From an uncultured beta proteobacterium (GTDB taxonomy: Bacteria; Pseudomonadota; Gammaproteobacteria; Burkholderiales; SG8-39): a stretch of 64,000 bases of DNA. The translations under genes and the position numbers were made by a program. Positions 1-10,749 of this stretch are shown here, piece by piece. The stretch covers positions 11,096-75,095 of the forward strand of contig CAVUSZ010000019.1 in NCBI GenBank assembly GCA_963744255.1, read 5' to 3'. Numbering within the stretch: the stretch's first letter is position 1; the number at the start of each line of letters is the position of its first letter. The notes under the pieces were generated by a model that saw nothing but the letters and a program-made list of their open reading frames with translations, was not told the DNA's origin and ran no database searches.

Positions 1-216
1 AACGCGCAGCAAGTGCCTGGGTGCATTTCAGTTGCGCGCGCGGCGATATCTGACGATCTGCATGGGAAACACCGTCGAAAGAGTTAGCGTGGGACGCGTC
101 TTGCTGGCGAAAGTCATCAGCGCGTCTCAAGCGCTTTCGCGCAGCAACGGCGCCGATAAGGGTTACTTGCTGGCGGCGGGACCCCTAATCTCAAGCAAGC
201 GTGCGGAGCATCGGCG

Positions 217-1698
217 ATGAAGGCCGAGATCGCCCGCGGCGCGGCGTGGATGATGCTGTTCAAGATCGTCGACCGCGCGGTCGGCGTGATCAGCACGGTT
301 GTGCTTGCACGACTGTTGGTGCCCGCAGATTTCGGTCTTGTGGCGATGGCGATGTCGGTCATCGCACTGATCGAACTCGCCACCGCATTCGGATTTGACG
401 TTGCGCTTATCCAGCGCCCGTCTCCTACGCGGACTGATTTCGACACAGCGTGGACGCTCAACCTGCTCATTGCGGCTCTGGTCTCCATGCTCACGGTTGG
501 ACTGGCCTGGCCGACCGCGAGCTTTTACAACGAACCTCGCCTGGTCGAAGTGATGTTGGTGTTGGCTGCCGGTTGGCTGCTTACCGGCTTCGAGAACATC
601 GGGATCGTGGAGTTCAGGCGCCGCATGGACTTCCGCCCGGAGTTCATCTTCATGGCGTCGCGACGAGTGATCGCGTTCGTGATTGGGCTGGCGGCAGCGA
701 TCCTGCTTCGCAGCTATTGGGCGCTCGTGATCGGCATGATCGCCGGCCGCGCGGCCGGCGTCGCTCTGAGCTACTTGATGAACGGATATCGGCCGACACT
801 GAGTCTCGGTTCGGCGCGCGATCTCGTCGGTTTTTCGAGTGGCATCCTCGCCGTCAATGTGCTCGCCGCGGGTATTGCGCGCGTGCCGCACTTCTTCGTC
901 GGCCGCCAGTACGGGCCTCAGGCCCTCGGTGCCTACACGATCGGCTCGGAACTGGCGTACATGCCGTCAAATGAGCTCATTGCACCGATCAATCGCGCCG
1001 TGTTTCCCGGTTATTCACGGCTGACTCACGATGTTGCAAAGCTTCGTGAGGCTTACCTGAGTGTGGTGTCCGTAATCGTCCTTGCCGTGCTTCCGGCAAG
1101 CGTGGGAGTTGCTGTGATCGCAGATCCGCTGGTGATGGTCCTGCTTGGATCCCAGTGGATGGGCGCCGTTCCGGTGATTCAGGTTCTTGCCGGAGCCGGC
1201 GCGATTGCCGCTATTGTGTCCAACAATGGTTCCGCTTACATGGCGCTGGGTCGCACGTGGATCCTGCCCGCGGTACTTGCGTCCCGGCTGGCGGCGATGT
1301 TCGCGCTTTTGTTCACCCTGCCGGCAGGCCTTGGTTCCCTCGGCGTGGCGTATGCCGAATTGGGCGCCTACGCGCTCAGCCTCCTGGTCGGCCTTCCCGT
1401 GCTCTTTAGGGCGATGCAAATCTCTCTCGCCCAATATTTCGCCGGCTTTTGGCGTCCCGCCGTCGCGAGTGCTGTCATGGGGTTCGGCGTTGCGAAAACC
1501 ATCGAACTCATCGGTAGTGGTGCCGGGTCGTTCGATACTCTGCCGCAACTGCTAGGCGGCGTTGCTGTCGGCGTCGTCGCGTACGTCGTGCTGGTGGCCA
1601 TACTTTGGCTGTTATCGGGCCAGCCGCCCGGTGCCGAAGCATTTGTCGTCTCGCGCGCGAAGGCGCTCATGGGCCGGCTTCGGCCACAGCACAGTTGA
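217..1698 (+). CDS. MOP-superfamily polysaccharide/O-antigen flippase (Wzx-like)
   Basis: 493-aa ORF that is hydrophobic and multi-pass throughout. The N-terminus AAWMMLFKIVDRAVGVISTVVLARLLVPADFGLVAMAM is typical of Wzx/LPS-biosynthesis flippases. Family recall only. Confidence 0.8.
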   Translation: MKAEIARGAAWMMLFKIVDRAVGVISTVVLARLLVPADFGLVAMAMSVIALIELATAFGFDVALIQRPSPTRTDFDTAWTLNLLIAALVSMLTVGLAWPTASFYNEPRLVEVMLVLAAGWLLTGFENIGIVEFRRRMDFRPEFIFMASRRVIAFVIGLAAAILLRSYWALVIGMIAGRAAGVALSYLMNGYRPTLSLGSARDLVGFSSGILAVNVLAAGIARVPHFFVGRQYGPQALGAYTIGSELAYMPSNELIAPINRAVFPGYSRLTHDVAKLREAYLSVVSVIVLAVLPASVGVAVIADPLVMVLLGSQWMGAVPVIQVLAGAGAIAAIVSNNGSAYMALGRTWILPAVLASRLAAMFALLFTLPAGLGSLGVAYAELGAYALSLLVGLPVLFRAMQISLAQYFAGFWRPAVASAVMGFGVAKTIELIGSGAGSFDTLPQLLGGVAVGVVAYVVLVAILWLLSGQPPGAEAFVVSRAKALMGRLRPQHS

Positions 1699-1812
1699 AC
1701 GCAACAGCTTCAGCTGGACCCGTCAGGCTCCTGTGAAACAAGGCGCTTGACACACCAGGCTACAAGCACCGAAAGTGGACCGCAAAGCGCGGCTCGCTGC
1801 TGCGACCGCGAC

Positions 1813-2457
1813 TCAGCCGAAATGCGCGTCCTGCTGGCGCCGTAACTCATCGCTAAGGCGGCCCCCGGGAACTTTGACGTCGTCGTAGCCGATGGCTCTG
1901 TCCTTCGGAATGGCGCGACGCAGCTTGCAACCCTCCGCCAATCCCATCGGCAGCAGCCGCTGCGCGCGGCTTGTCTCGTAGTTCTCGAGCAGGGCGTAGG
2001 CGGTAAAACCGCCGATGCCATCGAGGGTCTCGCCTTCCTTCAGGTCGCGTTTCGCGACCGCGACCGAATCGCAGGATGGTGCGCCAATCGGTGCCACAGT
2101 GGCGTCCTGCAACAGTGCAGTGCGCGCGGCAGTCAGCGGAATCTCGAGGTGAGGCAGGTGAAATGGTGTGTAGAAGACGTAAAGAGGGCCGTTGCCCATC
2201 TTCAGGTACTTCAAGTAGTCCATGCGCATCGCATCTTCCGTATGGCCCACCACGAAGGCGCCGTTCGATGGTGCCGCTCCGACCGTAAAGTCGACCATAC
2301 CGCCGCCAATGAGGCGCTCGCTGTAATAGGCGGCGGCCTCATTGACATGCGCCAGCGACGGCCCGTACATCCCACGCTTGCCGACCTTGAAGCCGGTCCC
2401 GTTGGCGAGTACGTTCAGCTCCATCGACAGCTTGGTGCCGTCGGCGAAATGGGTCAT
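1813..2457 (-). pseudogene. C-terminal half of a SAF-domain NAD(P)-dependent oxidoreductase (COG4091-like); N-terminal Rossmann half missing
   Basis: The 214-aa ORF starts inside the family at THFADGTKLSMELNVLANGTGF. An in-frame TAG lies 30 nt upstream of the ATG. Full-length relatives are roughly twice as long. Confidence 0.5.
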
Positions 2458-2788
2458 CGTGGTCGCCTTTTGCTTGGCGCGCCCCTAGTATCTAACCGCC
2501 GGCCGCTACTTTTTCTTCGCGGTCCGCCAGCTAGTTGCGGCCAGCTCTCCTTGGCGCGCGTAGTCGAGCGCCTCTTCCAGGACCATCGCCGCCTCCTGCG
2601 AGGCTGGGCGGGCAGTATCGGCGAAGCATGTAGCGGGAGGCGCCACCTCCGCTGGGGGCGCTCGCGGCCGGGCCGTGCGATAGATTGTATGGGGATAAGG
2701 GCTATCCACTCAGCTCCACTGCCTCAATATGTCGTGGTCACGTCCCGTGGGCTGCGATGCGCTGATAGGTCACCGGCTGCGTCACCAC

Positions 2789-2941
2789 GGCCTGCGCTTC
2801 GAGATGGTTGCGGCCGCGTTTGGGGCGCCGGCAGCCGGCGGCGTTTTTGTGCCGATCAACCCGCTGTTGAAGGCGGAACAGGTCGGCCACATGCTCCGCG
2901 ACTGCAACGTGCGAGTGCTGGTTACCTCGCCCGAGCGGTTC
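2789..2941 (+). pseudogene. About 50-aa internal fragment of an AMP-dependent acyl-CoA ligase (resembles exopolysaccharide/exosortase-associated ligases)
   Basis: The peptide FGAPAAGGVFVPINPLLKAEQVGHMLRDCNVRVLVTSPERF sits inside ORF 2729..3373. The flanking translation is arginine-rich nonsense. Confidence 0.45.
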
Positions 2942-3394
2942 GGCGATCGCGGTCACGTCGCTCGCGCGATAGACGAACGCCAGCGCGATCGCGCTGCCGG
3001 CAGCCGCGAGCGCGCAGATGGCGAACAGCAGGTGCTCGGTCGCCCTGGCGCCGCGACCGGCGATGAAAAGATGGTTGAGCGCGACCGCGATGAACGCGGC
3101 GCCGATCATGAACTGCGCGATGCTGACTGGATCCATCGAAAGCCGAGGATGTGCGAGCGGCGTCTGCCGGCTACGAAAGGGCGACGCCGGATTCTAACAA
3201 CGCAGGCCCGCACGACGCCGCGGCCGGACGCCGTCCGACGTCCGGAGGCGCCGCATCAGCCGCCCAGCGCGACCTTGCATGGATACGCCCGAATCGCGTG
3301 TCGCAACAGCGCGCCCGCGAGCATCGTGAGGCCGCCGGCACCGACACTCAGTCGGGCGATTGCCGCGCCCTGAGCGTTCACGCCGACCTGGGGG

Positions 3395-3708
3395 TTACCT
3401 AGGTGCGAGCGCGAGGCCGATACCGACCTCCTTCAGCCTCGGCATTTCCGCACGCGTGCCGGCCGCCATGTTGGCCAGCGTCACGTCGCGCATCACCACG
3501 CTGACGCGCGGGTAGGACCCGAACTGGGGCCGGCACCGATGGTGAGCTTGCGGCCAGTCGACTGCTCGACCGCGCTCTCGACGCGCGCGACGACGATCTT
3601 GAGATCCAGCGAGCCGAGGATCAGCCAGGCGGCGATAGCGAGGCCCGCCGCGACGACCGCGATCGCTGCCGCGATGCCGATCGCCCACCGGAGGAAGGAA
3701 CGTTTCAT
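3395..3708 (-). pseudogene. AsmA-family protein, N-terminal remnant with frame break and premature end
   Basis: MKRSFLRWAIGIAAAIAVVAAGLAIAAWLILGSLDLKIVVARVESAVEQSTGRKLTIGAGP continues in another frame as QFGSYPRVSVVMRDVTLANMAAGTRAEMPRLKEVGIGLALAP and then stops. AsmA proteins are normally more than 600 aa. Confidence 0.5.
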
Positions 3709-3800
3709 CGAGCGCGCGCGTCGCTGCGACTTCCTCTACGATGACGGGCGAGGGACCATGACCGTACGAGAACTCTCGACCCCCGCTGGCAGGCGGCGCC

Positions 3801-4610
3801 ATGCGGCACATCCTGCTGATCGGCATGGGCGGCATCGGCCGCCACGTCGCCCACGCGCTGCAGAACGAGGCAAACCGCGTGCGGCTGTCGATTCTCGTGC
3901 GCAGCCAGTACGTGCGTGAGGTCAAGGCGCGCGTCGAGGACGTGGCACGGGGAGAAGTGCAGGTGGTCGACCAGTTCGAGAAGCTCACCGATATCCCGGA
4001 GCTCGCGGTCGAGTGCGCCGGCCACGCGGCGGTAGCCGAGTACGGCGAGACGTGCCTGACGAGCGGGGCGGATTTCCTCGTCACGTCGGTCGGCGCGCTG
4101 ACCGACGCCTATCTGCTCCGCCGGCTCGAGCGGGCGAGCCGGACCCACATCGGCAAGGTGCTGATCCCGGCCGGCGCACTCGCCGGTATCGACGCGCTCG
4201 CGGCGGCGCGCCACGGCGGGCTCGAGCGCGTGCGCTACACGTCGCGCAAGCTGCCGCTCGCGTGGGTGGATACGCCGGCGGAGAAGATGTGCGACCTCGG
4301 CTCGCTCACCACCTCGACCGAGTTCTACGCCGGAAATGCCGGCGATGCGGCGCGGCTTTTTCCGCAGAACGCCAACGTCGCGGCGACGATCGCTCTCGCG
4401 GGGCTCGGGTTCGACCGGACCGAGGTGTCGCTGAACGCCGACCCCGAGGCGCCCGGCAACGTGCACATCATCGAGGCCGAGGGCGGGTTCGGGCGGCTCC
4501 GCGTCGAGATCGAGAACAAGCCGCTCGCCGACAACCCGAAGACTTCCACGCTCGCGGCGCTATCGGTCCTGCGCGCGATCCAGAACCGGATCGGCGCGAT
4601 CCAGATCTAG
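3801..4610 (+). CDS. nadX: L-aspartate dehydrogenase
   Basis: 269 aa. It has an N-terminal GMGGIG Rossmann motif, and the C-terminal [16 protein letters not shown] region is typical of NadX. Confidence 0.85.
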   Translation: MRHILLIGMGGIGRHVAHALQNEANRVRLSILVRSQYVREVKARVEDVARGEVQVVDQFEKLTDIPELAVECAGHAAVAEYGETCLTSGADFLVTSVGALTDAYLLRRLERASRTHIGKVLIPAGALAGIDALAAARHGGLERVRYTSRKLPLAWVDTPAEKMCDLGSLTTSTEFYAGNAGDAARLFPQNANVAATIALAGLGFDRTEVSLNADPEAPGNVHIIEAEGGFGRLRVEIENKPLADNPKTSTLAALSVLRAIQNRIGAIQI

Positions 4611-6445
4611 GCGGGCAACGGGGCGGCGGCAGTCGGTGCCGGGGTGGCCTGCAACGCCTTCAGCTCGTCCTCGTTCAGCGTCTCTTTCTGCAGCAGCAGT
4701 TGCGCGCCCCGCTCGAGGATGGCGCGCCTGTCGTTGAGAATTCCGATCGCCTTGGCGAGCGCGCGGTCGACGAAGCCCTTGACCGCGGCGTCGATCTCGC
4801 GCGCGGTCTCCTCGCTGTACTCGCGGCTCTTCAGCGCGCCGCCCGGCAGCGCGAGAAACGGGCTCTGCTCGGACTCGTACGCAATCGGACCGAGCTTCTC
4901 GACCATGCCGAAGCGCGTGACCATGCTGCGCGCGATGTTGGCGACCTTCTGCAGGTCGTCGGCCGCGCCGGTGGAGATCTCGTCGAAGACGACGTGCTCC
5001 GCCGCACGGCCGCCGAGCAGCACCGCCATCTTGTTTTCGAGCTCGCTGGTCGTCATCAGGAACCGGTCCTCGAGCGGGCGCTGGATCGTGTAGCCGAGCG
5101 CGCCGATGCCGCGCGGGATGATCGAGATCTTGTGCACCGGATCGGCGCCGGGCAGCGTCATCGCCACGAGCGCGTGTCCCATCTCATGATAGGCGACGGT
5201 GCGCCGCTCCTTCTCGTTGAGGACGCGGTTCTTCTTCTCCAGCCCGGCGACGATGCGCTCGATGCCGTCGTGGAAGTCCTTGAGCGAGACAGCCGTAGCG
5301 CCGTGGCGCGTGGCGAGGAGGGCGGCCTCGTTCACCAGGTTCGCGAGATCGGCGCCGGAGAAGCCGGGGGTCAGCGCGGCGATCTTCTCGGGATCGACGT
5401 CGTCCGCGAGCTTCACCTTCTTCAGATGCACCTGCAGGATCTCGATCCTGCCTTTCTTGTCGGGGCGGTCGACGAGCACCTGGCGGTCGAAGCGGCCGGC
5501 GCGGAGCAGCGCCGGATCGAGGATTTCGGGCCGGTTGGTCGCGCCGATCAGGATCAGCCCGCTCGAGGAGTCGAAGCCGTCGAGTTCGACCAGGAGCTGG
5601 TTCAGCGTCTGCTCCTTTTCGTCGTGACCGCCGACGCCGTACGCGCCGCGCGCGCGCCCGAGCGCGTCCAACTCGTCGATGAAGATGATCGCCGGCGCGA
5701 GCTTGCGCGCCTGGTCGAACAGGTCGCGCACCCGCGCCGCGCCGACGCCGACGAACATCTCGACGAACTCCGAGCCGTTGATCGACAGGAACGGCACCCC
5801 CGACTCCCCGGCGACCGCGCGGGCGAGCAGCGTCTTGCCGGTGCCGGGCGGGCCGACGAGCAGGATGCCCTTCGGAAGCCGCCCGCCGAGGCGGCCGTAC
5901 TCCTTCGGGTTCTTCAGGAACTCGACGACCTCCCTTAGCTCCTCCTTCGCCTCGTCGACGCCGGCAACGTCGTTGAACGTCACCTTGACGTCCTTTTCCA
6001 TGTAGATCTTGGCCTTGCTTTTCCCGATCGACAGGAATCCGCCGCCCATGCCCTGTTTCTCGGCGAACTTGCGCATGACGAACCACCACAGGCCGAAAAA
6101 GACCATCGCCGGCAGCACGAACCCGAGGATGTCGCGCAGGAACGTGCTCTCGAGCACCCCGGTGTACTTGACGTTGTACTGCTCGAGGTCCTTGGCGAGC
6201 CGTTCGTCCACCCGCACCGCGACGAACCGGGTGCGCTTGTCGGGGAGCGGCTCCTTGAACTTGCCCTCGACGGTGTTCTCGCGCACCACGACCTCCTCGA
6301 TCTTGCCCTGCTTGAGGTAGTCGACGAACTCGCTGTAGGTGATCGGCTCGACGGTGCGCATCTCGACCCACACGCTGTGGAGCCACATCACGGCGAGTGC
6401 CGCGAGGACGAAGTACCAGAGGTTGATCTGCGTTTGTCGTTCCAT
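4607..6445 (-). CDS. ftsH: ATP-dependent zinc metalloprotease FtsH (paralog)
   Basis: Walker A GPPGTGKT, Walker [13 protein letters not shown] region and HEMGHA zinc site are present. I prefer the start at [12 protein letters not shown] (cat at 6443-6445) over the 6565 start in the ORF track. Confidence 0.9.
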   Translation of the reverse strand: MERQTQINLWYFVLAALAVMWLHSVWVEMRTVEPITYSEFVDYLKQGKIEEVVVRENTVEGKFKEPLPDKRTRFVAVRVDERLAKDLEQYNVKYTGVLESTFLRDILGFVLPAMVFFGLWWFVMRKFAEKQGMGGGFLSIGKSKAKIYMEKDVKVTFNDVAGVDEAKEELREVVEFLKNPKEYGRLGGRLPKGILLVGPPGTGKTLLARAVAGESGVPFLSINGSEFVEMFVGVGAARVRDLFDQARKLAPAIIFIDELDALGRARGAYGVGGHDEKEQTLNQLLVELDGFDSSSGLILIGATNRPEILDPALLRAGRFDRQVLVDRPDKKGRIEILQVHLKKVKLADDVDPEKIAALTPGFSGADLANLVNEAALLATRHGATAVSLKDFHDGIERIVAGLEKKNRVLNEKERRTVAYHEMGHALVAMTLPGADPVHKISIIPRGIGALGYTIQRPLEDRFLMTTSELENKMAVLLGGRAAEHVVFDEISTGAADDLQKVANIARSMVTRFGMVEKLGPIAYESEQSPFLALPGGALKSREYSEETAREIDAAVKGFVDRALAKAIGILNDRRAILERGAQLLLQKETLNEDELKALQATPAPTAAAPLPA

Positions 6446-6600
6446 GGGGGTGAAAAGCGATTGCGCGATGCGGAGCGCGATTTTCCGGTTGCGGACGGCG
6501 TCGGCCGGGATCAGAATTCTCGCAGGCGTCCTACCTGACGTCGATCGCGTCCGGACAGCTGACATGGGTCCGCCGGACGCGGATTCAAGGAGCGAGAGCC

Positions 6601-6885
6601 ATGGGCCGAGCGATTCCCGAGCCGCCGCGGGACTTCGAGAAGACCTGCATCATCGAACGCCCCGACGGGTTCTATTGGCAGTCGGATGCGACCGGCGAGG
6701 GGTACGGTCCGTTCCCCACCCTCGCCGAAGCCGAAGCGGACATGGAGTCCGGCGGCGAGGTCGAGGATCTCGATCTCGAAGACAGGCTGGAGGAAATGGA
6801 GGCCGAGATCGGCGTGTCCGGCTGGGTCGATCCGGACACCGGCGACCTCGGCGAGAGCTGGACTCCGCGGCTGGAAGACCACTAG
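6601..6885 (+). CDS. Small acidic hypothetical protein (94 aa)
   Basis: AAGGAG lies 8 nt upstream of the ATG. GC3 is high and the sequence is strongly acidic. No family recognised. Confidence 0.6.
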   Translation: MGRAIPEPPRDFEKTCIIERPDGFYWQSDATGEGYGPFPTLAEAEADMESGGEVEDLDLEDRLEEMEAEIGVSGWVDPDTGDLGESWTPRLEDH

Positions 6886-7481
6886 CCTGCCGCCCGCGGC
6901 CCGCCCGCAAGTCTGCCAAGCACCCGCTTCATCGCCCGGAAGAGCTTCGGCACGAGCCACGCCGCGGCGATCAGGAACGCGGCGAGCAGCACCAGGAACA
7001 CGACCGGCGCCTTGATCGCCGCGAGGAAGCCGGCCGGCACCAGCAGGTCCTCCCCCAACGACGCCACCCAATTCGAGAACGGCTCGGGCGACGTGTTGAT
7101 CACCGCCCGCGCGCCCGCCTTCGTCAGGTGCGCCCCCGAGGCGATCGCCCCGCCGAGGATCGCCGCCACCATGACCCAGACCGGATCTGCCTGACCGAGC
7201 GCCGCGGCGGCGAGCACCGCGCCTGCCGGTACGCGGATAAACGTGTGCACTGCGTCCCACACGCTGTCGAAGGCCGGCACCTTGTCGGCCACGAACTCGC
7301 CGAGCGCCATCACCCCCGCGGCGGCGAGCACGAGCGGATGCTGGAGCACCTCGAGCGCCGGGGGCAGGTCGAGATAGCCGAAATGGGCCATCGCGCCGGC
7401 GATGAATAGCACCGCGTACAGGCGGATGCCGCTCGCCCAGGCGAGCCCGGCGCCGAGCGCGATGCTGTGCAGCCAGTCCAT
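6882..7481 (-). CDS. DUF4126-type integral membrane protein
   Basis: This is the last 199 aa of the artefactually long ORF 6882..9188, starting MDWLHSIALGAGLAWASGIRLYAVLFIAG. It is multi-pass hydrophobic and 600 nt in frame. Confidence 0.7.
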   Translation of the reverse strand: MDWLHSIALGAGLAWASGIRLYAVLFIAGAMAHFGYLDLPPALEVLQHPLVLAAAGVMALGEFVADKVPAFDSVWDAVHTFIRVPAGAVLAAAALGQADPVWVMVAAILGGAIASGAHLTKAGARAVINTSPEPFSNWVASLGEDLLVPAGFLAAIKAPVVFLVLLAAFLIAAAWLVPKLFRAMKRVLGRLAGGPRAAG

Positions 7482-7622
7482 TGCGGCATTATAGGAACGT
7501 GCGCGTTTGCGTCGCCCCGGCCGCCGATGGGACAATCCGCGCCGGCCGGCGGCCCCGCCTTCGAGCGGGCGCTGGCAGAACGGTCGCCGCGCGCCTGCGT
7601 TCACGTCCGAGGAGCGAAGTCC

Positions 7623-8876
7623 ATGAGCACCAGCCAGACGGTCCGGGCATCTAAGCGTCGCCGCGTGCTGCAGGCCGCCGCCGCGTCCGCAGCCCTGTCG
7701 AGTCTCGGCTTTCCGGCCATCGTCCGCGGACAGGCGTCCACACTCAAGGTCGGAGTGCTGCTGCCGCGCTCGGGCTTCCAGGGATTCATCGGACAGTCGT
7801 GCCAAAAGGGCGCCGACCTCGCGCCCGGCGTGATCAAGGGACTGCTCGGCCTGAACGTCGAGTTGATGAACGCCGACACCGAGACCAACGTCGACACCGC
7901 GCGCACCCGCGCCGAGCGCCTGATCCAGGAAGGCGCGAACGTGCTCGTCGGCCCGTTCGACTCGGGCGCCGCCTCGGCGATCGCGCAGGTCGCCGAGCAG
8001 CGCGGCGTGCCGTTCGTGATCAACATCGCCGCTGCGCCCCAGATCACCGAGCAGGGCTACGGCTACGTGTTCCGCAACTTCCCCACCGCCCCCGAACTCG
8101 TCACCAACGGCCTCGCGCTGATCGGCGACCTGTTCCGCGCGACCAGCACCGTGCCGCGCACGGCCGTGTACATGCACGTCAACGATACCTTCGGGCAGGC
8201 GAACACGCGGGCGATCCAGGCGATCCTGCCGCGCCTCACCCAGCTCCCGTTCAAGGTCGTGGAGACGATTTCCTACGACCCCGCGAGCAAGGACCTGACT
8301 GTCGAGGTCTCGAAGGCGCGGGCGGCGAAGGCCGATTTCGTGCTGCTCGTCTCCCGGCTCAACGACGCGATCATCCTGCGCCGCGAGATGGTGAAGCAGC
8401 GCTGGAACCCGATGGGCGTGGTTAGCCCGGGCTCGCCGGGGATGTACGAGGAGCAGTTCTACAAGGCCCTCGGCAAGCTCTCCGAGTACTGCATCTCCAA
8501 CGTGCCCTGGTACGATCCGAAGGCGCCGCTCACGAAGACCGTCGAGGCGGCGTTCAAGAAGCAGAACCCGAACGACTCCCTGAAGTTCCATGCCCTCAAC
8601 GTCGGCTTCACGTTCGAGGCAATCCTCATCGCTGCGGACGCTTTCCGACGGGCCAAGTCGACCGACCCGAAGGTGCTGACCGACGCGATCAGGCAAACGA
8701 ACATCACCTCGCGGATGATGCTCGGCGGCCCGATCAAGTTCAACGCGAAGGGCCAGGTCGAGGGCAACGCCTCCGCGTGCATCCAGAACCTGAATCTGAG
8801 CCCGACCGTCGTGCTGCCGGCGAGCGCCGCCGAGACGAAGCCGGTGTTCCCGGTGCCCGACTACAGGCCGGCGTAG
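7623..8876 (+). CDS. ABC transporter substrate-binding protein, branched-chain amino-acid (LivK/LivJ) type
   Basis: Start is at MSTSQTVRASKRRRVLQAAAASAALSSLGFPAIVRG (Tat-like signal) with GAGGAG upstream. The fold is a periplasmic-binding type I family and the gene heads the Liv permease/ATPase genes. Confidence 0.85.
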   Translation: MSTSQTVRASKRRRVLQAAAASAALSSLGFPAIVRGQASTLKVGVLLPRSGFQGFIGQSCQKGADLAPGVIKGLLGLNVELMNADTETNVDTARTRAERLIQEGANVLVGPFDSGAASAIAQVAEQRGVPFVINIAAAPQITEQGYGYVFRNFPTAPELVTNGLALIGDLFRATSTVPRTAVYMHVNDTFGQANTRAIQAILPRLTQLPFKVVETISYDPASKDLTVEVSKARAAKADFVLLVSRLNDAIILRREMVKQRWNPMGVVSPGSPGMYEEQFYKALGKLSEYCISNVPWYDPKAPLTKTVEAAFKKQNPNDSLKFHALNVGFTFEAILIAADAFRRAKSTDPKVLTDAIRQTNITSRMMLGGPIKFNAKGQVEGNASACIQNLNLSPTVVLPASAAETKPVFPVPDYRPA

Positions 8877-8903
8877 CTCGCGCTCGGGGAGGGCCGGCCC
8901 CTC

Positions 8904-9773
8904 ATGGATCCGGTCAACGTCGCGAATCTCGCTCTCGCTGGCGTCCTCACCGGCCTGGTCTACGGGCTGATGGCGCTCGGGCTGTCGGTGATCTTCGGCG
9001 TCGTGCGGGTAGTGAACTTCGCGCACGGCGAGATGATGACGATCGCCATGTACGCGACCGTCGTGCTCTTCGCCGCGCTCGGGCTCGACCCGTTCCTCGC
9101 GGTCGTGCCGGTGGCGATCGCGTTCTTCGTCTTCGGGTACGCGCTGCAGGCGGCGCTCATCAACCCGTTCATCACCCGGCCCGAGCACTCGCAGTTCATG
9201 CTGCTCGTCGCGGTCGCGATCATCATGGTCAACGCGCTGCTCATGATCTTCGGCCCGAGCGCGCGCAACGTCCAGCTCGACTACCTGCTGGAGTCGGTCG
9301 AGCTCGGCCCGCTCCTGCTCGATCGCGGCAAACTGTACGGAGCGATCGTGGCCTGCGTGACGTCGGGACTGCTGTTCGCATTCTTCAGGTTCACGCGCAC
9401 CGGTACGGCGATCCGCGCATGCGCAGACAACTATCTCGGCGCCAAGGTGGTGGGCCTCAACGTGAAGCGCTACTACGCGTTCACGTTCGGTCTCGGCGCC
9501 GCGTGCGTCGCCGTCGCCGGGTGCGTGATGTGCCTCCTCGTCGACGTAACCCCGGTCCTCGGACCCGCGTACACGCTGCTCGCGTTCGTGATCGTGATCG
9601 TCGGGGGCCTCGGGTCGATGGGCGGGGCGCTTCTCGGCGGCGTCCTAATCGGCGTGTCCGAAGCGCTCGCAGGGCTCTTCATCGCACCGTCGGCGAAGAG
9701 CATGATCAGCTTCGCGCTGCTGATCCTCGTGCTGCTCTTTCGCCCGCAGGGTCTGCTCGGAAAGCGGTCGTGA
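8904..9773 (+). CDS. livH: Branched-chain amino-acid ABC transporter permease (LivH-like)
   Basis: 289 aa. The N-terminus GVLTGLVYGLMALGLSVIFGVVRVVNFAHGE is typical of LivH. Confidence 0.9.
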   Translation: MDPVNVANLALAGVLTGLVYGLMALGLSVIFGVVRVVNFAHGEMMTIAMYATVVLFAALGLDPFLAVVPVAIAFFVFGYALQAALINPFITRPEHSQFMLLVAVAIIMVNALLMIFGPSARNVQLDYLLESVELGPLLLDRGKLYGAIVACVTSGLLFAFFRFTRTGTAIRACADNYLGAKVVGLNVKRYYAFTFGLGAACVAVAGCVMCLLVDVTPVLGPAYTLLAFVIVIVGGLGSMGGALLGGVLIGVSEALAGLFIAPSAKSMISFALLILVLLFRPQGLLGKRS

Positions 9774-10747
9774 ACCGGCGCGCCGGCGTCCTGCTGGGAA
9801 TCCTTGCCGTGGCGCTGTTGGCGCTGCCGGCTGTGGCGAACAGCTACATCCTCTCGGTGGCGACGCTGATCCTCTTCTTCGCGTACGCCGGCCAGGCGTG
9901 GAACGTGATGATGGGATTTGCCGGGCAGCTCTCGCTCGGGCATTCGCTCTACGTCGGGGTCGGTGCGTACGCCGCCGCCGGACTCTTCTTCCACTACGGG
10001 ATCGGCCCGTGGGCCGGGATCTGGCTCGCAATCGCGCTGTGCGTGGCGCTCGGGGCGGCGATCGGCTTCCTCGCCTTCCGGTTCGGGATCTCTGGCGTCT
10101 ACTTCGCGCTGCTCACGATCGCGTTCGCCGAGTTCACGCGCATCGGCTTCGACCACATCGCGTGGCTCGGCGGGCCAGGCGGACTGTTCATCAAGGTTGC
10201 GCAGCGCGAGCAGCTGGACCTAGCAAACCTGCGCGGACCGCCGGCGATGTTCTACTACCTGATGCTCGCCCTCACGGCGGCCGCGCTTGCGCTTTGCGCG
10301 TGGCTCCTCAGGAGCCGCGCCGGCTACTACTGGCAGGCGATCCGGGAGGACGAGCAGGCGGCCCAGGCGCTCGGCATCAACACGTTCCGCTGGAAGATGC
10401 TCGCGGTGGTGATCAGCTCGGCGATGACGGCGGTCGCGGGCGTGTTCTTCGCGTTCTACTACAACAATCTCTTCCCCGAGCAGATCTTCAACATCAGCCG
10501 CTCGATCGAGATCATCCTCGGGCCGGTGATCGGCGGCGTCGGCACGCTGTTCGGGCCGGTGCTGGGCGCGGCCATGCTCACGATCCTCGCCGACGGGATT
10601 ACCGAGCTGCTCGCCGTGATCGGCATCGAGATCCCGGGCGTGAAGCAGGTGTTCTACGGCCTTGTACTGCTCGTGGTCGTGATGTTCCTCCCGCACGGCA
10701 TATGGCCGGCGGTCGCGAAGAAGCTGGGTCTCGAGCGACGGGCCTGA
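9770..10747 (+). CDS. livM: Branched-chain amino-acid ABC transporter permease (LivM-like)
   Basis: GTG start overlaps the livH stop (GTGA at 9770-9773). The motif AGQAWNVMMGFAGQLSLGH is present. Confidence 0.85.
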   Translation: MNRRAGVLLGILAVALLALPAVANSYILSVATLILFFAYAGQAWNVMMGFAGQLSLGHSLYVGVGAYAAAGLFFHYGIGPWAGIWLAIALCVALGAAIGFLAFRFGISGVYFALLTIAFAEFTRIGFDHIAWLGGPGGLFIKVAQREQLDLANLRGPPAMFYYLMLALTAAALALCAWLLRSRAGYYWQAIREDEQAAQALGINTFRWKMLAVVISSAMTAVAGVFFAFYYNNLFPEQIFNISRSIEIILGPVIGGVGTLFGPVLGAAMLTILADGITELLAVIGIEIPGVKQVFYGLVLLVVVMFLPHGIWPAVAKKLGLERRA

Positions 10748-10749
10748 GC

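Noticed and set aside
2738-3136. 132-aa minus-strand ORF as an intact membrane protein.
   Set aside because: Only the first about 60 aa are hydrophobic and protein-like. The remainder is the antisense of the acyl-CoA ligase fragment, so the ORF is a chimera created at a fragment junction.
4013-5938. Very long alternate-frame or antisense ORFs. Examples are 4013..5938(+), the upstream 570 codons of 6882..9188(-), 39488..41254(-), 45832..47394(-), 55513..56967(+), the upstream part of 58706..60253(-), and 60747..62009(-).
   Set aside because: They overlap well-supported genes on the other strand or frame. Their translations are Arg/Ala/Gly/Pro-rich low-complexity strings typical of stop-poor shadow frames in high-GC DNA. 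None carries a recognisable motif.
6446-6460. GGGGTGAAAAGCG next to the ftsH start, as a third copy of the GGGGTGAAAGTC element.
   Set aside because: It is an imperfect match, has no adjacent terminator, and shows no flanking similarity to the other two loci.
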